Assembly (NCBI GenBank): GCA_050950825.1
Contig: JBMNIH010000002.1
Span: 512,001-576,000, forward strand
Origin: Clostridia bacterium
Lineage (GTDB): Bacteria; Bacillota; Clostridia; JAAYHZ01
Length of the DNA: 64,000 bases
Reading direction: 5' to 3'
Below, one piece after another: positions 50,285 to 61,000 of the stretch. Every line of letters starts with the position of its first letter. Positions within the stretch are counted from its first letter, which is position 1. Under the pieces are notes generated by a model. It ran no database searches. It saw only the letters and a program-made list of their open reading frames with translations, and was not told the origin of the DNA. The position numbers were made by a program, and so were the translations under genes.

Positions 50285-50821
50285 AGAAATTCATCATCCT
50301 TTACTTTGATCAATAGCTAAAATTTCTTTTATTGCTTCGATATAGCTTTCGGAGACGACAATCTCGTCAAGTCCTTCTTCCATTCTTACGGCATATAACT
50401 TGCTATAAGGATTCGATATCTACTCTTCTATGGATTTTGTAAGGTTATTACTTCTATTTGATTGTTGTACAGAAATATACCCCTGAACAAAAAAGTCACT
50501 ATGTTTTTATAACGCTTATTATCCGCATCGATTAATTTGCAGATTATCGGATATTCCGACCGATATGTCTATTCCCTATAGTCCTGTAACAAAGACCTTT
50601 TTTTCCGAACAAAAACGCTTTATCCGAAAAATTAGCTACCAAATTACAACATAGAATTTCTAACGGCACATCCGCTAAATATGAAAAATCGTCTTCCGGT
50701 GTCTTGATCTCTATCATGGTACCCGATAGTCAAAATTTGAGGAATTTTGATTTTGACAAGATGTTGCCGCGATAATCAGTATCAATACAATGATTGATAT
50801 TCTTTTATGTAATTTGCACAT
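50285..50821 (-). pseudogene. Lipoprotein paralog remnant C (signal peptide joined almost directly to the C-terminus)
   Basis: GAGGTGAGGAG SD, MCKLHKRISIIVLILIIAATSCQN..., then VPLEILC fused to CNLVANFSDKAFL, and a GLDEIV...EAIKEIL tail. Confidence 0.8.
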
Positions 50822-51052
50822 GACTCCTCACCTCAAAAAGAATTCACATTAATCTTTGTGCATTACGAGACTTGGCAGAATGTGCATTCGTCTTTATATA
50901 TGTAACAACGAATTAAAAAATCATCCTCTCTATTTACAATATATCACTTTTATTCCAATTAAGCAATTCCTTATATGTCAAAGAGGATATAAGCCCGGGT
51001 TTTGTCCGTTTGACCGATAAGTGAATTGGAGAGTATTCTTTTTATGGAAAAC

Positions 51053-51081
51053 AAAAAAGAGGAGATTCGCTTCTCCCCTTT
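51053..51081 (-). terminator. Terminator (copy 2, near-identical to 47726-47752)
   Basis: AAAGAGGAGA-TTCGCT-TCTCCCCTTT. Confidence 0.75.
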
Positions 51082-51096
51082 ATCTTTTTATTGACA

Positions 51097-52152
51097 TTAA
51101 AAATCGTAAGATACCGTAACGTTTTTTCCGTTGGCGGCAGCGGATTCAACAAGGGCCAGACATGCAGCGACCGTACAGGCGCCTTCCCTTCCGTCGGTTT
51201 TCACAGATTTATCCCGAAGAATACAATCGATGAATTCGCCCAATTCAGCGGCCGTATTATGGTTATTTATAGATACGGGGTATTGAATACCCATTGTTTG
51301 GTCACTGACCCCTTCAAAAATTCCGTCCTTATCCGATAGCTTTTCTTTAAAAACGGTAATATGGTTCGAAGTATTGTCGGCAATAAGGGTTCCTTTTGTA
51401 CCGTAAAATACGGAACGCATGGTATAGGCTCTTTTGCATCCGACGGATACAAAAACTTTTCCGATGACGTCCTTCGGGAATTTCATAATGCCGACGGTAC
51501 AATCGTCCACAGGCCAGTGGGACAATACCTTCCTGTTCGAAAAAGCGCATACTTCATAAGGATTCCCTGCAATCCACCTCAACAGATCCACTGCATGGCA
51601 TCCGCCTCCTAAAGCGGGATGACGCAATCTCACGGGGTCGATTCTCCAATTACCGATACCGGGAATGTGGGTATAATCGTGGGCATACTCCGATTCGACA
51701 AAAAATAATTCTCCGATTTCGCCGCGATCTATGAATCTCTTCGCCGTTATAAATCCCGGAGCATAACGGCAAACCTGTCCGATCATCAGCTTTTTTCCCG
51801 ATCTATCGCTTGCCGCAATCATATTTTTACATTCTTCCGTCGTCATAGCCATGGGTTTTTCGCAAAGTACATGCTTGCCCGCTTCCAAGGCGGCTATCGT
51901 GTGCTCCGCATGCAATTGGTCGGGCGTTGCTACGACGACGACATCGATATCTTCTCTCTTAAGAAGCTCTTTATAATCCGTATAACAATCCTCCTCCGTT
52001 TTGTCCATGCTTGCCATCGCATTTTTAAGAGTTTCTTCTTTGTTATCACATAGCGCGACAAGCTTACCTCCTTTACAAAGCTTCAACCCTCTTGCATGGG
52101 ACAAGCCCATACGGCAACCGATGATACCAAACCCCAATTCCTCTTTTGACAT
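51097..52152 (-). CDS. Gfo/Idh/MocA family oxidoreductase
   Basis: GIIGC, VATPDQLH, GKHVLCEKPM, GCHAVD. Confidence 0.92.
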   Translation of the reverse strand: MSKEELGFGIIGCRMGLSHARGLKLCKGGKLVALCDNKEETLKNAMASMDKTEEDCYTDYKELLKREDIDVVVVATPDQLHAEHTIAALEAGKHVLCEKPMAMTTEECKNMIAASDRSGKKLMIGQVCRYAPGFITAKRFIDRGEIGELFFVESEYAHDYTHIPGIGNWRIDPVRLRHPALGGGCHAVDLLRWIAGNPYEVCAFSNRKVLSHWPVDDCTVGIMKFPKDVIGKVFVSVGCKRAYTMRSVFYGTKGTLIADNTSNHITVFKEKLSDKDGIFEGVSDQTMGIQYPVSINNHNTAAELGEFIDCILRDKSVKTDGREGACTVAACLALVESAAANGKNVTVSYDF

Positions 52153-52294
52153 AGTAATCCTCCTTACCGTTTACCGAAAAGCGATTGTCATCAAAAACCT
52201 TTCGCTAACGTATCACTTATCTATATGATCATTATATAGCAATCGGATATGAACGAACCGGATACACATACAATATGATCCTCTTATTTTTCAT

Positions 52295-53924
52295 TTAGAG
52301 TGAATTGAGTGCATCGATGATCCGCTCCTTGTATTCCTTGGCATCTAAAATTTCGCTTAATCCGTCCTTGATTCTTTCCGTATTCAAGCCGCCGTAGGAG
52401 TTTCGCAGGATTTCGTCGATCGAATTTCGTAGATAGCTTGCTCTTTTATCACTTTGCGTTCTTATAGGTTCCGACTTAAAAATATCACGTAATTTCTTGT
52501 ATCGTTCGTTGTCCGAATCGATTAATTGATAAAAATAAGGATAAATTGCTTGATAGGTTCTTTCTTTGTATTGATGTATCACATCATTACAGCCGTATAA
52601 AAACGCTTTATCCGAAAAATTGGCTACCAAATTGCAAAAACCGTATATGGTGTTTCTCTTTTCAGGGATAATAGTTCCGTCCTCTGCAAATCGATAATGC
52701 TTGATTGTCATCAACTGCGACCCGAAAGTCAAAATATCGGCAACTTCTTTGTCCGTCATAAGCCACTGCATAAAGATCAAAGCTTTTTCCGGTTGAGTAC
52801 TCGTAATAGGAACCGAAATATGAATGAAAGTATTAAACCAATCAACGACAGGCTTCATGTCATTGAATAGAACAATGGAGTATTTTTTTAAGTATGTTGT
52901 CTTTCTCATCAATCGAATATTTTGAGAATTCTTTTGTCACAAAAGGATACCAATTCAGCAAAGCCATTTCTTGTGATCCGTTTCCTATAAGGTCATATAT
53001 ATTACTACCGTAAGAAAAATAGCCGTCCTTAAAAAACCGATTAAATATATTATAGAAGTTATCAAGTATTTCGGTTTCTTCAATAAGATGAGGAATGCAT
53101 TTTTCATCATTCATATCAAAAACAAAGCTCTCGGAATCCTTGAAGTAATAACCGGAATTATAGGCAGCATATTTTAATAATGTAAACCCAAAGGTCGCAA
53201 TTTTGTTTAATTGACTCTCCGGTGCGCTACCGTGAGACAAGCTGTCCATAAATTCGTATAAAGCATCGACATTATTGACCGTATGGATATCAACACCGGT
53301 TTTTTCAAGCAAATCATTTTTGACCATTAGAGCAATCGCCGATATATTGGGCATTCCCGCATAAATCGCGTAAACCTTACCGTTAATGATGAAATTATCT
53401 TTGATTTGCGGATACCTTTCAAAATTTAAGATGGCTTCAGGGCAGAATCGTTCCAAGTACGGAGTCAAATCCATATAGAGGTTCGTATACGATGGCCCCC
53501 AATGAAAATCATGTTTATTTTCATAATCGATCTCCCGGCATGGAAAAATCAAATCTCCCGATAATCCTGCCTGTATATGAAGAGCAAAAGCACTGTCTAG
53601 GCTTGCAGGTTGAGAAAATTGCGATGCAGATATTTTTGTAAATTTAACCGGGAAACCGAATTTTTCTTTACACAAATTTGATAAATTAATATAATTCACG
53701 GTCGGAGCATCATTAGAGTCATATCCTGTGCCCCATAGCTTATCATCCGTATACAAGATTTCCAGCGGAGCATCCGTTAGAAAGGAAAAATTCTCTTTCG
53801 GGTTCAGGACTTCTTTTTCGGGTTCCGACATCTCCAAATTGCTCCTACTCCCGTTTTGACAAGCTGTCAAAAGAATCATAAAGATCAATGCGATGAAGAT
53901 ACTTTTCCGGATTTTAACCATCAT
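52295..53924 (-). pseudogene. Lipoprotein paralog D, full length but split by a +1 frameshift in an A7 run (52883-52889)
   Basis: Lipobox LTAC; collinear with paralog B; removing one A gives DNILKKYSIVLF. Confidence 0.82.
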
Positions 53925-54342
53925 TTACACCCCAATACGAAAGACAGCTATAAAATATAAATGTTATCTTGATTCATATTTTATCATTATTGGTGATTAA
54001 GTCAATGTTTTCATAATATTATAAAAGTAATAGATAAATATATTAATAATCGTACAAGAGAATGCAAGTGAATGAAATTTAATTCCTTCAAGGTAAAAGA
54101 TGGACTACAATTACATAATATAGTATAATGGAAATATAGTATAATGAAAATATCCTTTTACTAATCATAAGCTATTAAAAGATGACGAAAAAGAGCAGTA
54201 TACCGGTCTTCCTAAAGTAAGGTCCCGTACCGTTTTTTAGCCGTCTTTAGTGGCCGTATATCGATGTTCATCGATTTCGATTTCATTATATAACAACCGT
54301 ATGCAGACAATCCGCTTTTGCTGTTTTGGGGGGTCGCGGTAT

Positions 54343-55065
54343 ATGCTTTTTGAAATAATTTTTCTCTCAGCAGGAATATTTTTAATCGGTTCGGCGATAA
54401 CCGGTATTCTTCGAAATGTTCATGTCAAAAAAACGGGTATATCGGTAACAGCCGCAATCGTAGATATACGGCAATCCCGTCGAGCCGGAAAAAACAAAAG
54501 CTACACCCTCTATTGCCCGATTTTTGAATACCGCGTCGACGGCAAGGTGATAAAAACGAAAGGCCCCGCCTCGACACATGTTCCCTATTCCATCGGATCC
54601 GTAACGGAAATTCAATATGACCCGAAAAAACCCAACAGAATTGTAACGCAAGAATCGCCGGTTAAAGGACATGTCACCCCTTGTTTGATCGGGGGTTTTT
54701 TTGTCTTTGGGTCCGTTTTATCAATGACGCGTGACAAACCGCTTGAATTGAAGGGATTCGCTGTATTCTTCGTCATACTCCTTGTTGTTTCTCTGTTCGC
54801 CTTTATCATCATCAAAGCTTTGCGAGCGTACATAAGCAAAACCAAAAGGGACATTTTGGAAGGTCGGACGGCAAATAATGTACTTGTGGCAGCGAAAAAA
54901 GATAACAATACCGTCGTTTTCGAATTTGTAAACGGCAACCGTATAAGTTTCGAGGTTCCCGAATCGGTATATAAGGAGCTTTGTCCGAAAGATCGTGGAA
55001 CGCTGACTTTTAAAAATCTGCAATTTATTAATTTTGAGAGAACGTATAGACAGAAGGAGGAATAA
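54343..55065 (+). CDS. Membrane protein, DUF3592-like domain fused to a DUF2500-like C-terminus
   Basis: TM, YCPIFEYRVDG...IQYDPKKP, two TMs, VVFEF.NG.R..F.V...Y..L...D.G.LTF......FER. Confidence 0.7.
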   Translation: MLFEIIFLSAGIFLIGSAITGILRNVHVKKTGISVTAAIVDIRQSRRAGKNKSYTLYCPIFEYRVDGKVIKTKGPASTHVPYSIGSVTEIQYDPKKPNRIVTQESPVKGHVTPCLIGGFFVFGSVLSMTRDKPLELKGFAVFFVILLVVSLFAFIIIKALRAYISKTKRDILEGRTANNVLVAAKKDNNTVVFEFVNGNRISFEVPESVYKELCPKDRGTLTFKNLQFINFERTYRQKEE

Positions 55066-55068
55066 AAA

Positions 55069-58000
55069 ATGAAACAGACGAACGATCCATTCCGCCGGAT
55101 ATGGAAGTTATTTCAAACATATCCTATCCCCTCGTTGTTAGTCACTTGCCTTGTATTGGGCATGATCGTTACGGGAATTTTATGGGGATCGGGTGCTTTT
55201 GCACCGGTCCCAGCCTTTACATATCTGCCCGATCGAGAATATATTCTTGCTCCCGATACCCCTTCGGAGCCAAAAACACTAAAAGAGTTATTGCATAGCG
55301 ATACTCCCGATGCGGATATTCTGTTGAAAAACCCCTCCATTGCTCGGGAGCTGGCCCAAGCCGAAAAGTTAACGGATATCGTCGATTCCCGTTTGGCTTT
55401 GAACAATCTTCGTACCTTGGATCAACAGTTGGCAGAATTGTTAAATGACGAATCCATGATTGTTCTTGATTTTTCCGATGAATCGGAAGCATCGGTCGCC
55501 GGCCTCGAAGCCTCTCCCGATTCTTCCGATTCCCCCGATCAACCTTCTCCTTCGTTTTCCCCAAAAAACATCCTGATTCTTGAGGAACAACGAAACAAAA
55601 CGATGAGTTTAAAATCCCATACGGAAAGGCTGTTAAAAGCCCCGGAGCTCGGTCAAATGATCGGCTATCCTCCGACTATAAATGTAAAAGGGGTATGGCA
55701 GTCTCCGGATGAAGCTCTTATACACATGGTACCCTCGGGAGATTGGCTGCCTGAACAAGGCTACAAATTGTATCGTGTCGTCAACGGTCAAAAAACATTG
55801 ATCGCCGAAAAGCTGGCATCTCCCGAGAAAGGCTTGCGGGGAGAACTGAAGGTTCTAAATGCCGATATGATACAAGAGCTGTATAAACAGGCGGATCTGT
55901 CCTCGGATAAACTTAAAGCATTGGGAATGAGCGCCGATGAATTTCGAAATATGGCGTATCGTACTTTTTCCTCCGAATCGAAGCCCCGCGTGAACGGAGA
56001 AATTGACTTTTTGGCCATGAAACAGGCCATGATTACCGTTCCCGCCGGCTACGAGCAAAAGATCCCTGAAACCGACCGGCTGTTAAACTCGTCTATTATT
56101 GTTTTGGGAAGCCAATTAAGCGAACCTTTTACCGGCAATGAAGCAAACGGGTTTCTTTGGAAAAAGTATTCCGTCAATCAAGCGAATTTTCCTACACCTA
56201 TAGACACTTTAAAGCTTCAACCGGCGGGAGAAACGAAATTTTCACTGGCTCAACAAATCCTTGCGGCACGTCAGCAAATTTCTACATTGGCCTTTGTGAA
56301 CGATGAATTTGCGGAAGCTGCAGGATTTCTCGTCCGTGACGATTTGTCCGAATTGAACCTTCCCGACGGTACCCAAATCACTTATTCGGTAGAAATGCCC
56401 GCTCATGCAAATAAAGAGATTTCCGTAACCAAGGGCGTGGAAAATAACCTTACACAGCCCCAAAAGCTTTTAGGATACGGAATTGACGGGACGGCACATT
56501 TGCGTTGGGCGGAAGCCGAATCTCAACAGGAAAAAAGCATATTGAGCGGTTATCATATCGAACGAAGGCTTGACGGAGAAAAAGAGTTCAAAAAAATCAC
56601 CGATACACCCGTGGTTATCACCTATATTCTTGATGAAACGAACCTGTATTTTCAATCTCCCGTTTTTTATGAAGATACGGTGGATAACGGACGAACGGCG
56701 GAATACCGCATATACTCCATCGATATTTTCGGAAGAAGGAGCGAGTACTCGGAGATTTTAACGGTGAATGTGGAAAAGGTGACGCCTCCGAATGCACCTA
56801 CCGTAGAAGCTCCCCATTTTTCCAATATCGAAAAATTAACGGGAATCTCGGTTACCTCTTCGGAGCCTGAAATCGGCATCGCGGAATCGCCTATGGTTCA
56901 GTTGGTACAAAACGCGAATCCGGGGCTGCCGGGAGTCATTTTGCCGATTTTTACCGATTCTCCCGATACCGTCCGTTTTACCGTATACCGTGCAACGGCA
57001 GTAGGAGCCGGGAAAATTTCGGCGCCCGAAGCCGTCGCCGATATTGAATACGATAATCCGAAAGCCGGTTTAAGCGAAGAGGAAATTCAACCGCAGCTGT
57101 CGCTGACTTCCGAGTTTCCTAAGCTTAAGAGCAGTTACCGGGCATTCACGCTGAAAAAGGGTCTTTCGAAAAATGTGAAGTACTTGCAGCTTACCAATCC
57201 CGAATCCTTGAGTCCGGACATGATTTTCTTGGATACCGACATTGTAGAGGGTTGTACCTACAAATATTGGGTTTCGGCCTGGGATTCTTGGAACAACGAA
57301 AGCGCTTGGTCTCGGTCGGTTACGATGGCCGTGCCTACAAATGCGGAACCCGGGATCCCCGACGAGCTTTATATCTCCATGCATCAAAGGCAATTGATCG
57401 ATACGTCAGCCGAGCCTCCCGGACTTCTGAATAACGCGACGGTGTCCTTTGCGGACCTGGAAAACAGGAAGGATCTTCCGTTTCGACCGGTTCCCGCAGG
57501 CTCGATTACCGAGACCATTGAAAGTGCATTAACGGAGGGCGTCACCATCGGAAGCTTTGTTACCGCTTCCTCCTTGTTCCCTTCCGTTATCGACTTCGGA
57601 TACAACAACCTTCCGGAAGATAAATATATCCATGCAATTATAGCAATCCGCGGCGAAGACGTTTACCCCGACGGAACGGCGCGGCTCAAATGGCCGGCAT
57701 ATAGCGGTGAAAGCTTGGGCGGGTATATCATCTACAAGGCGCAGTTTAAAATGAGGCCTCTTGAAGAAATTCAACAAATGTCACAAGAAGATATACTGCG
57801 AATGGGCAGATGGAAAAAGATGAACACATCCGCAAATACACAAAACCAAGTACTTATAAGCGGGTTGAATCCTATTCCGGGAAGCCTTTACTTGTTCTTG
57901 GTCTGTCTTCAACCCGATGAACCGGAGGAAAATATGTTTTCCTCTTTCTTCACAACAACCATGACAAGTCAGCTTCTCTACCAAACCGAGTATATATCTC

Positions 58001-61000
58001 ACTTTCTTAATAACCCGGAAGGAGGATACGTCTATATTGACTGGGATGTTCCCGACGATCCCCAAGTAGATTATTACCGAGTCTATCGAAGCGAGGTTCC
58101 TTCGTTCAAGGAGCCGATAGACGAATCCAAGCTCGAGTGGACCTTGGTTGCCGATCTTTTGGAGAACCCCAAATACACGGAGAGAGTGGACCAATCATTT
58201 GCCCATTATTACTATTACAAAGTCACAACCGTATCTCCTTGGGGCGTGGAGTCCGGCACAGGTGCGGTGCAGCGTTTTCGGGTACCGTCTACCAAGCCTC
58301 CTCAAACCCCGAACCTCCTTTTGCCCCTTCAAACGAAAGACGGTGTGAAGGTACAGTTCTCGGCGGTGAGTCATTGCGACCGGTACGAGATCTATCGAGC
58401 GGTTATTCCCAAATTGGGAGAAAAAGATATCAGCGAGCTGTTGAATTCGGACCGAGAGGTTCACGAAGCGTTGTTTTCGCCACCCTCCATAGAAGATACT
58501 TATTTGACAGACTTGTTAAATGATTATTTATTTCCGGGCTCAACCGCCGTCACGCTTCCGTCAGGCTTCGGGGGGAGTACAGGATCGTCTGCTGCCCAAA
58601 ATGCAGTGTCGAACTCTTTACATTTCACCGTAAGTCCCATAACGAAATTAAAGACCATTACCCAATTTAATGTTGTTTCGGTCATCGATAATCTGAAGGT
58701 TATTGATAGCACCACATTACGGAAGACCTATAAAAATATCCTTGAGAAGTACGGTCCTTTGGCATTTGCGGATTATATAGACCTTAGCGAAAATATGATG
58801 AGAAAAGTAAAGTGGGAAAAGATCGGCGAAGTTCCTTCCGATTACAACACGACAGAAGAAGCGGGTCCTTTAGGGAATAAGCCCCTTTCCTTCACGGATA
58901 CCACCGCAATGTACGGTGTCCGATATCTTTACACGGTTCAGGCATGGAACGAGGATAATCTCGGCTCTTCGAGACCGGAACCGGTGGAGGCTACGCCCCG
59001 AAGAAATAGGCCTTTTGATCCTATCGACGGGCTTATCGGTGAGATTGACGAGGACGGGAAGGTTTCACTTTCGTGGAATACGCCGAAAATGTATCCTCTG
59101 ACACCGGAAAAATGTCTCGAGGACACGGTAGGCTATATCGTTTACCGCTCGGATACCGCTGACGGAATCTATTACCAAGCAAGTCCTCTGTTGTTTGATA
59201 ACAAGTGGACGGATGAAGAAGCCGACCCTTACGCATTTAACCGGTACAAAGTAAAGGTTCTGGATACCGGCGGGTACTTATCGGAGTTTTCCCAAGCCGT
59301 TTTGGTGAGGAAACCCACGTACGTTCCGAGTTTGGTAACGGTGATTCCTTCCTTGGATATACTTACAATTTCCTTTGACAACAACAAATTCTCCATAACC
59401 GAGGGAGAAGCCTTTGAAACCGCATACAGCCTCAGCGGATTGGGCGACATCACGGTAAGTATAAAGGTCACCGGAGACTCGGGCCTATCGGCGACAGGGT
59501 TTTCAATCGACCAAGAGGAATGCATCATCCGGGCCTCCCGGTCGCTGGCCCCCGGTACATATTATGTAACGGCTACGGCCAAAAACGAAGCCGGCGAGAC
59601 GTCGGCATCCTTTACGCTGACGGTACAGAAAAAAACGGTTATAGCAAAGCCCGAGATTACCTTTGAAAAAGATAAATATACCGTCTCCCAAGGAGACCCC
59701 TTTGAGACCGTATATAGCCTGACAGGCACCGAACCCATAAACATTACAATGAAAGCCGTTACGGGAACCAATCTCTTAGCCGGTGGGTTTGCCGTAAATC
59801 CGGAAACACGAAAGGTAACGGCGGAAAGCAATTTGAAGCCGGGGTCTTATCTTGTGACGGTAACCGCGAAAAACGAAGCGGGAGAAGCATCGGCATCCTT
59901 TACGCTGACGGTTTCCGAAAAGCTTACGGTCATTCCGCCTTTCATCTCCTTTGACGGAAATGACTTTCATTCAACGGAAGGCGAAGAATTCAGCACCGTT
60001 TACGAGCTGATCGGCACAAAACCCGTTACCGTTACGTTGAAAGCCGTTACGGCCGACGGAAAAGCTTCCGACGGATTCGTACCGGATCAAGCGTCATATA
60101 CGATACGTACGGAAAAAAGCTTAAAAGCGGGTATCTATCATGTTACGGTTACGGCGAAAAACGAAGCCGGTGAAACATCCGCCTCCTTTACGCTGACGGT
60201 TTCCGAAAAGCCTTCAGGCCAAGCGCCTGTCATTGCCTTTGACGGCGATAGCTTCCATATCGTCCAAGGCGACGAGTTCGGAACGGTTTACGAATTGAGC
60301 GGCACGGAACCCGTTACCGTAACGGTTTCGGCAAAAAGTGCGGATACCGGTAAGCTTGCGGAAGGCTTCTCCGTAGATCAAAGCATGTATTTGGTAAAGG
60401 CGGGCCCCGACTTGCCTGAAGGCACGTATATCGTCACCGTTACGGCCCAAAATGCGGCGGGCCAAAGCTCCGTGTCATTTACTCTAACCGTACGGCCGAG
60501 GATTACGGCGCCTAAGCTTTCCGAGCGGGAGGATAACTACAACTTCAAGATAACAACCGGTTCTTCCGATTTCAAGATACAATTGTATGCCGAGGGAACG
60601 GAGCCATTAAGATGGTCTTTAAGGTCATCATCTTCTCGTCTCAATACGCTGCCTTCCGAGGTCAGCATCGATAATAACGGTCTTTTAACGGTGAAAAAGG
60701 AGATTAAGGCGGGTACATACGGCTTTATTGTTCGAGTCGAAAACGAAGCCGGCGCCGATGAAAGAGCGATTACCTTGACGGTAACGGCATTGTTGAAGCC
60801 TTTTTCATCAAACGGCTCGTATCCGTCCATCAATAATTCGTATCTTTTGTTGTCCGGCACAAGTACACAGGTATTGAGTAATATTACGAAAACAGCGGTC
60901 ACAACAAACATAAGTCCGACACCGGGATCGGCTAATCCCGGAACCTTCGTACCGACGCATGACTACGAAACGGATCTTATGAAATGCATGGGATTTGATC

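Noticed and set aside
47790-53924. Diversity-generating retroelement as the source of lipoprotein variation
   Set aside because: No reverse transcriptase in the window, and differences between copies include many synonymous non-adenine changes.
56635-56661. ETNLYFQSP in the giant protein resembles the TEV protease site ENLYFQS
   Set aside because: P6 is Thr rather than Glu, it lies inside an FN3 strand, and there is no vector or tag context; coincidence.
59350-60790. ~290-bp periodic DNA repeats as a non-coding array
   Set aside because: Fully explained by tandem Ig-like protein domains in frame +1.
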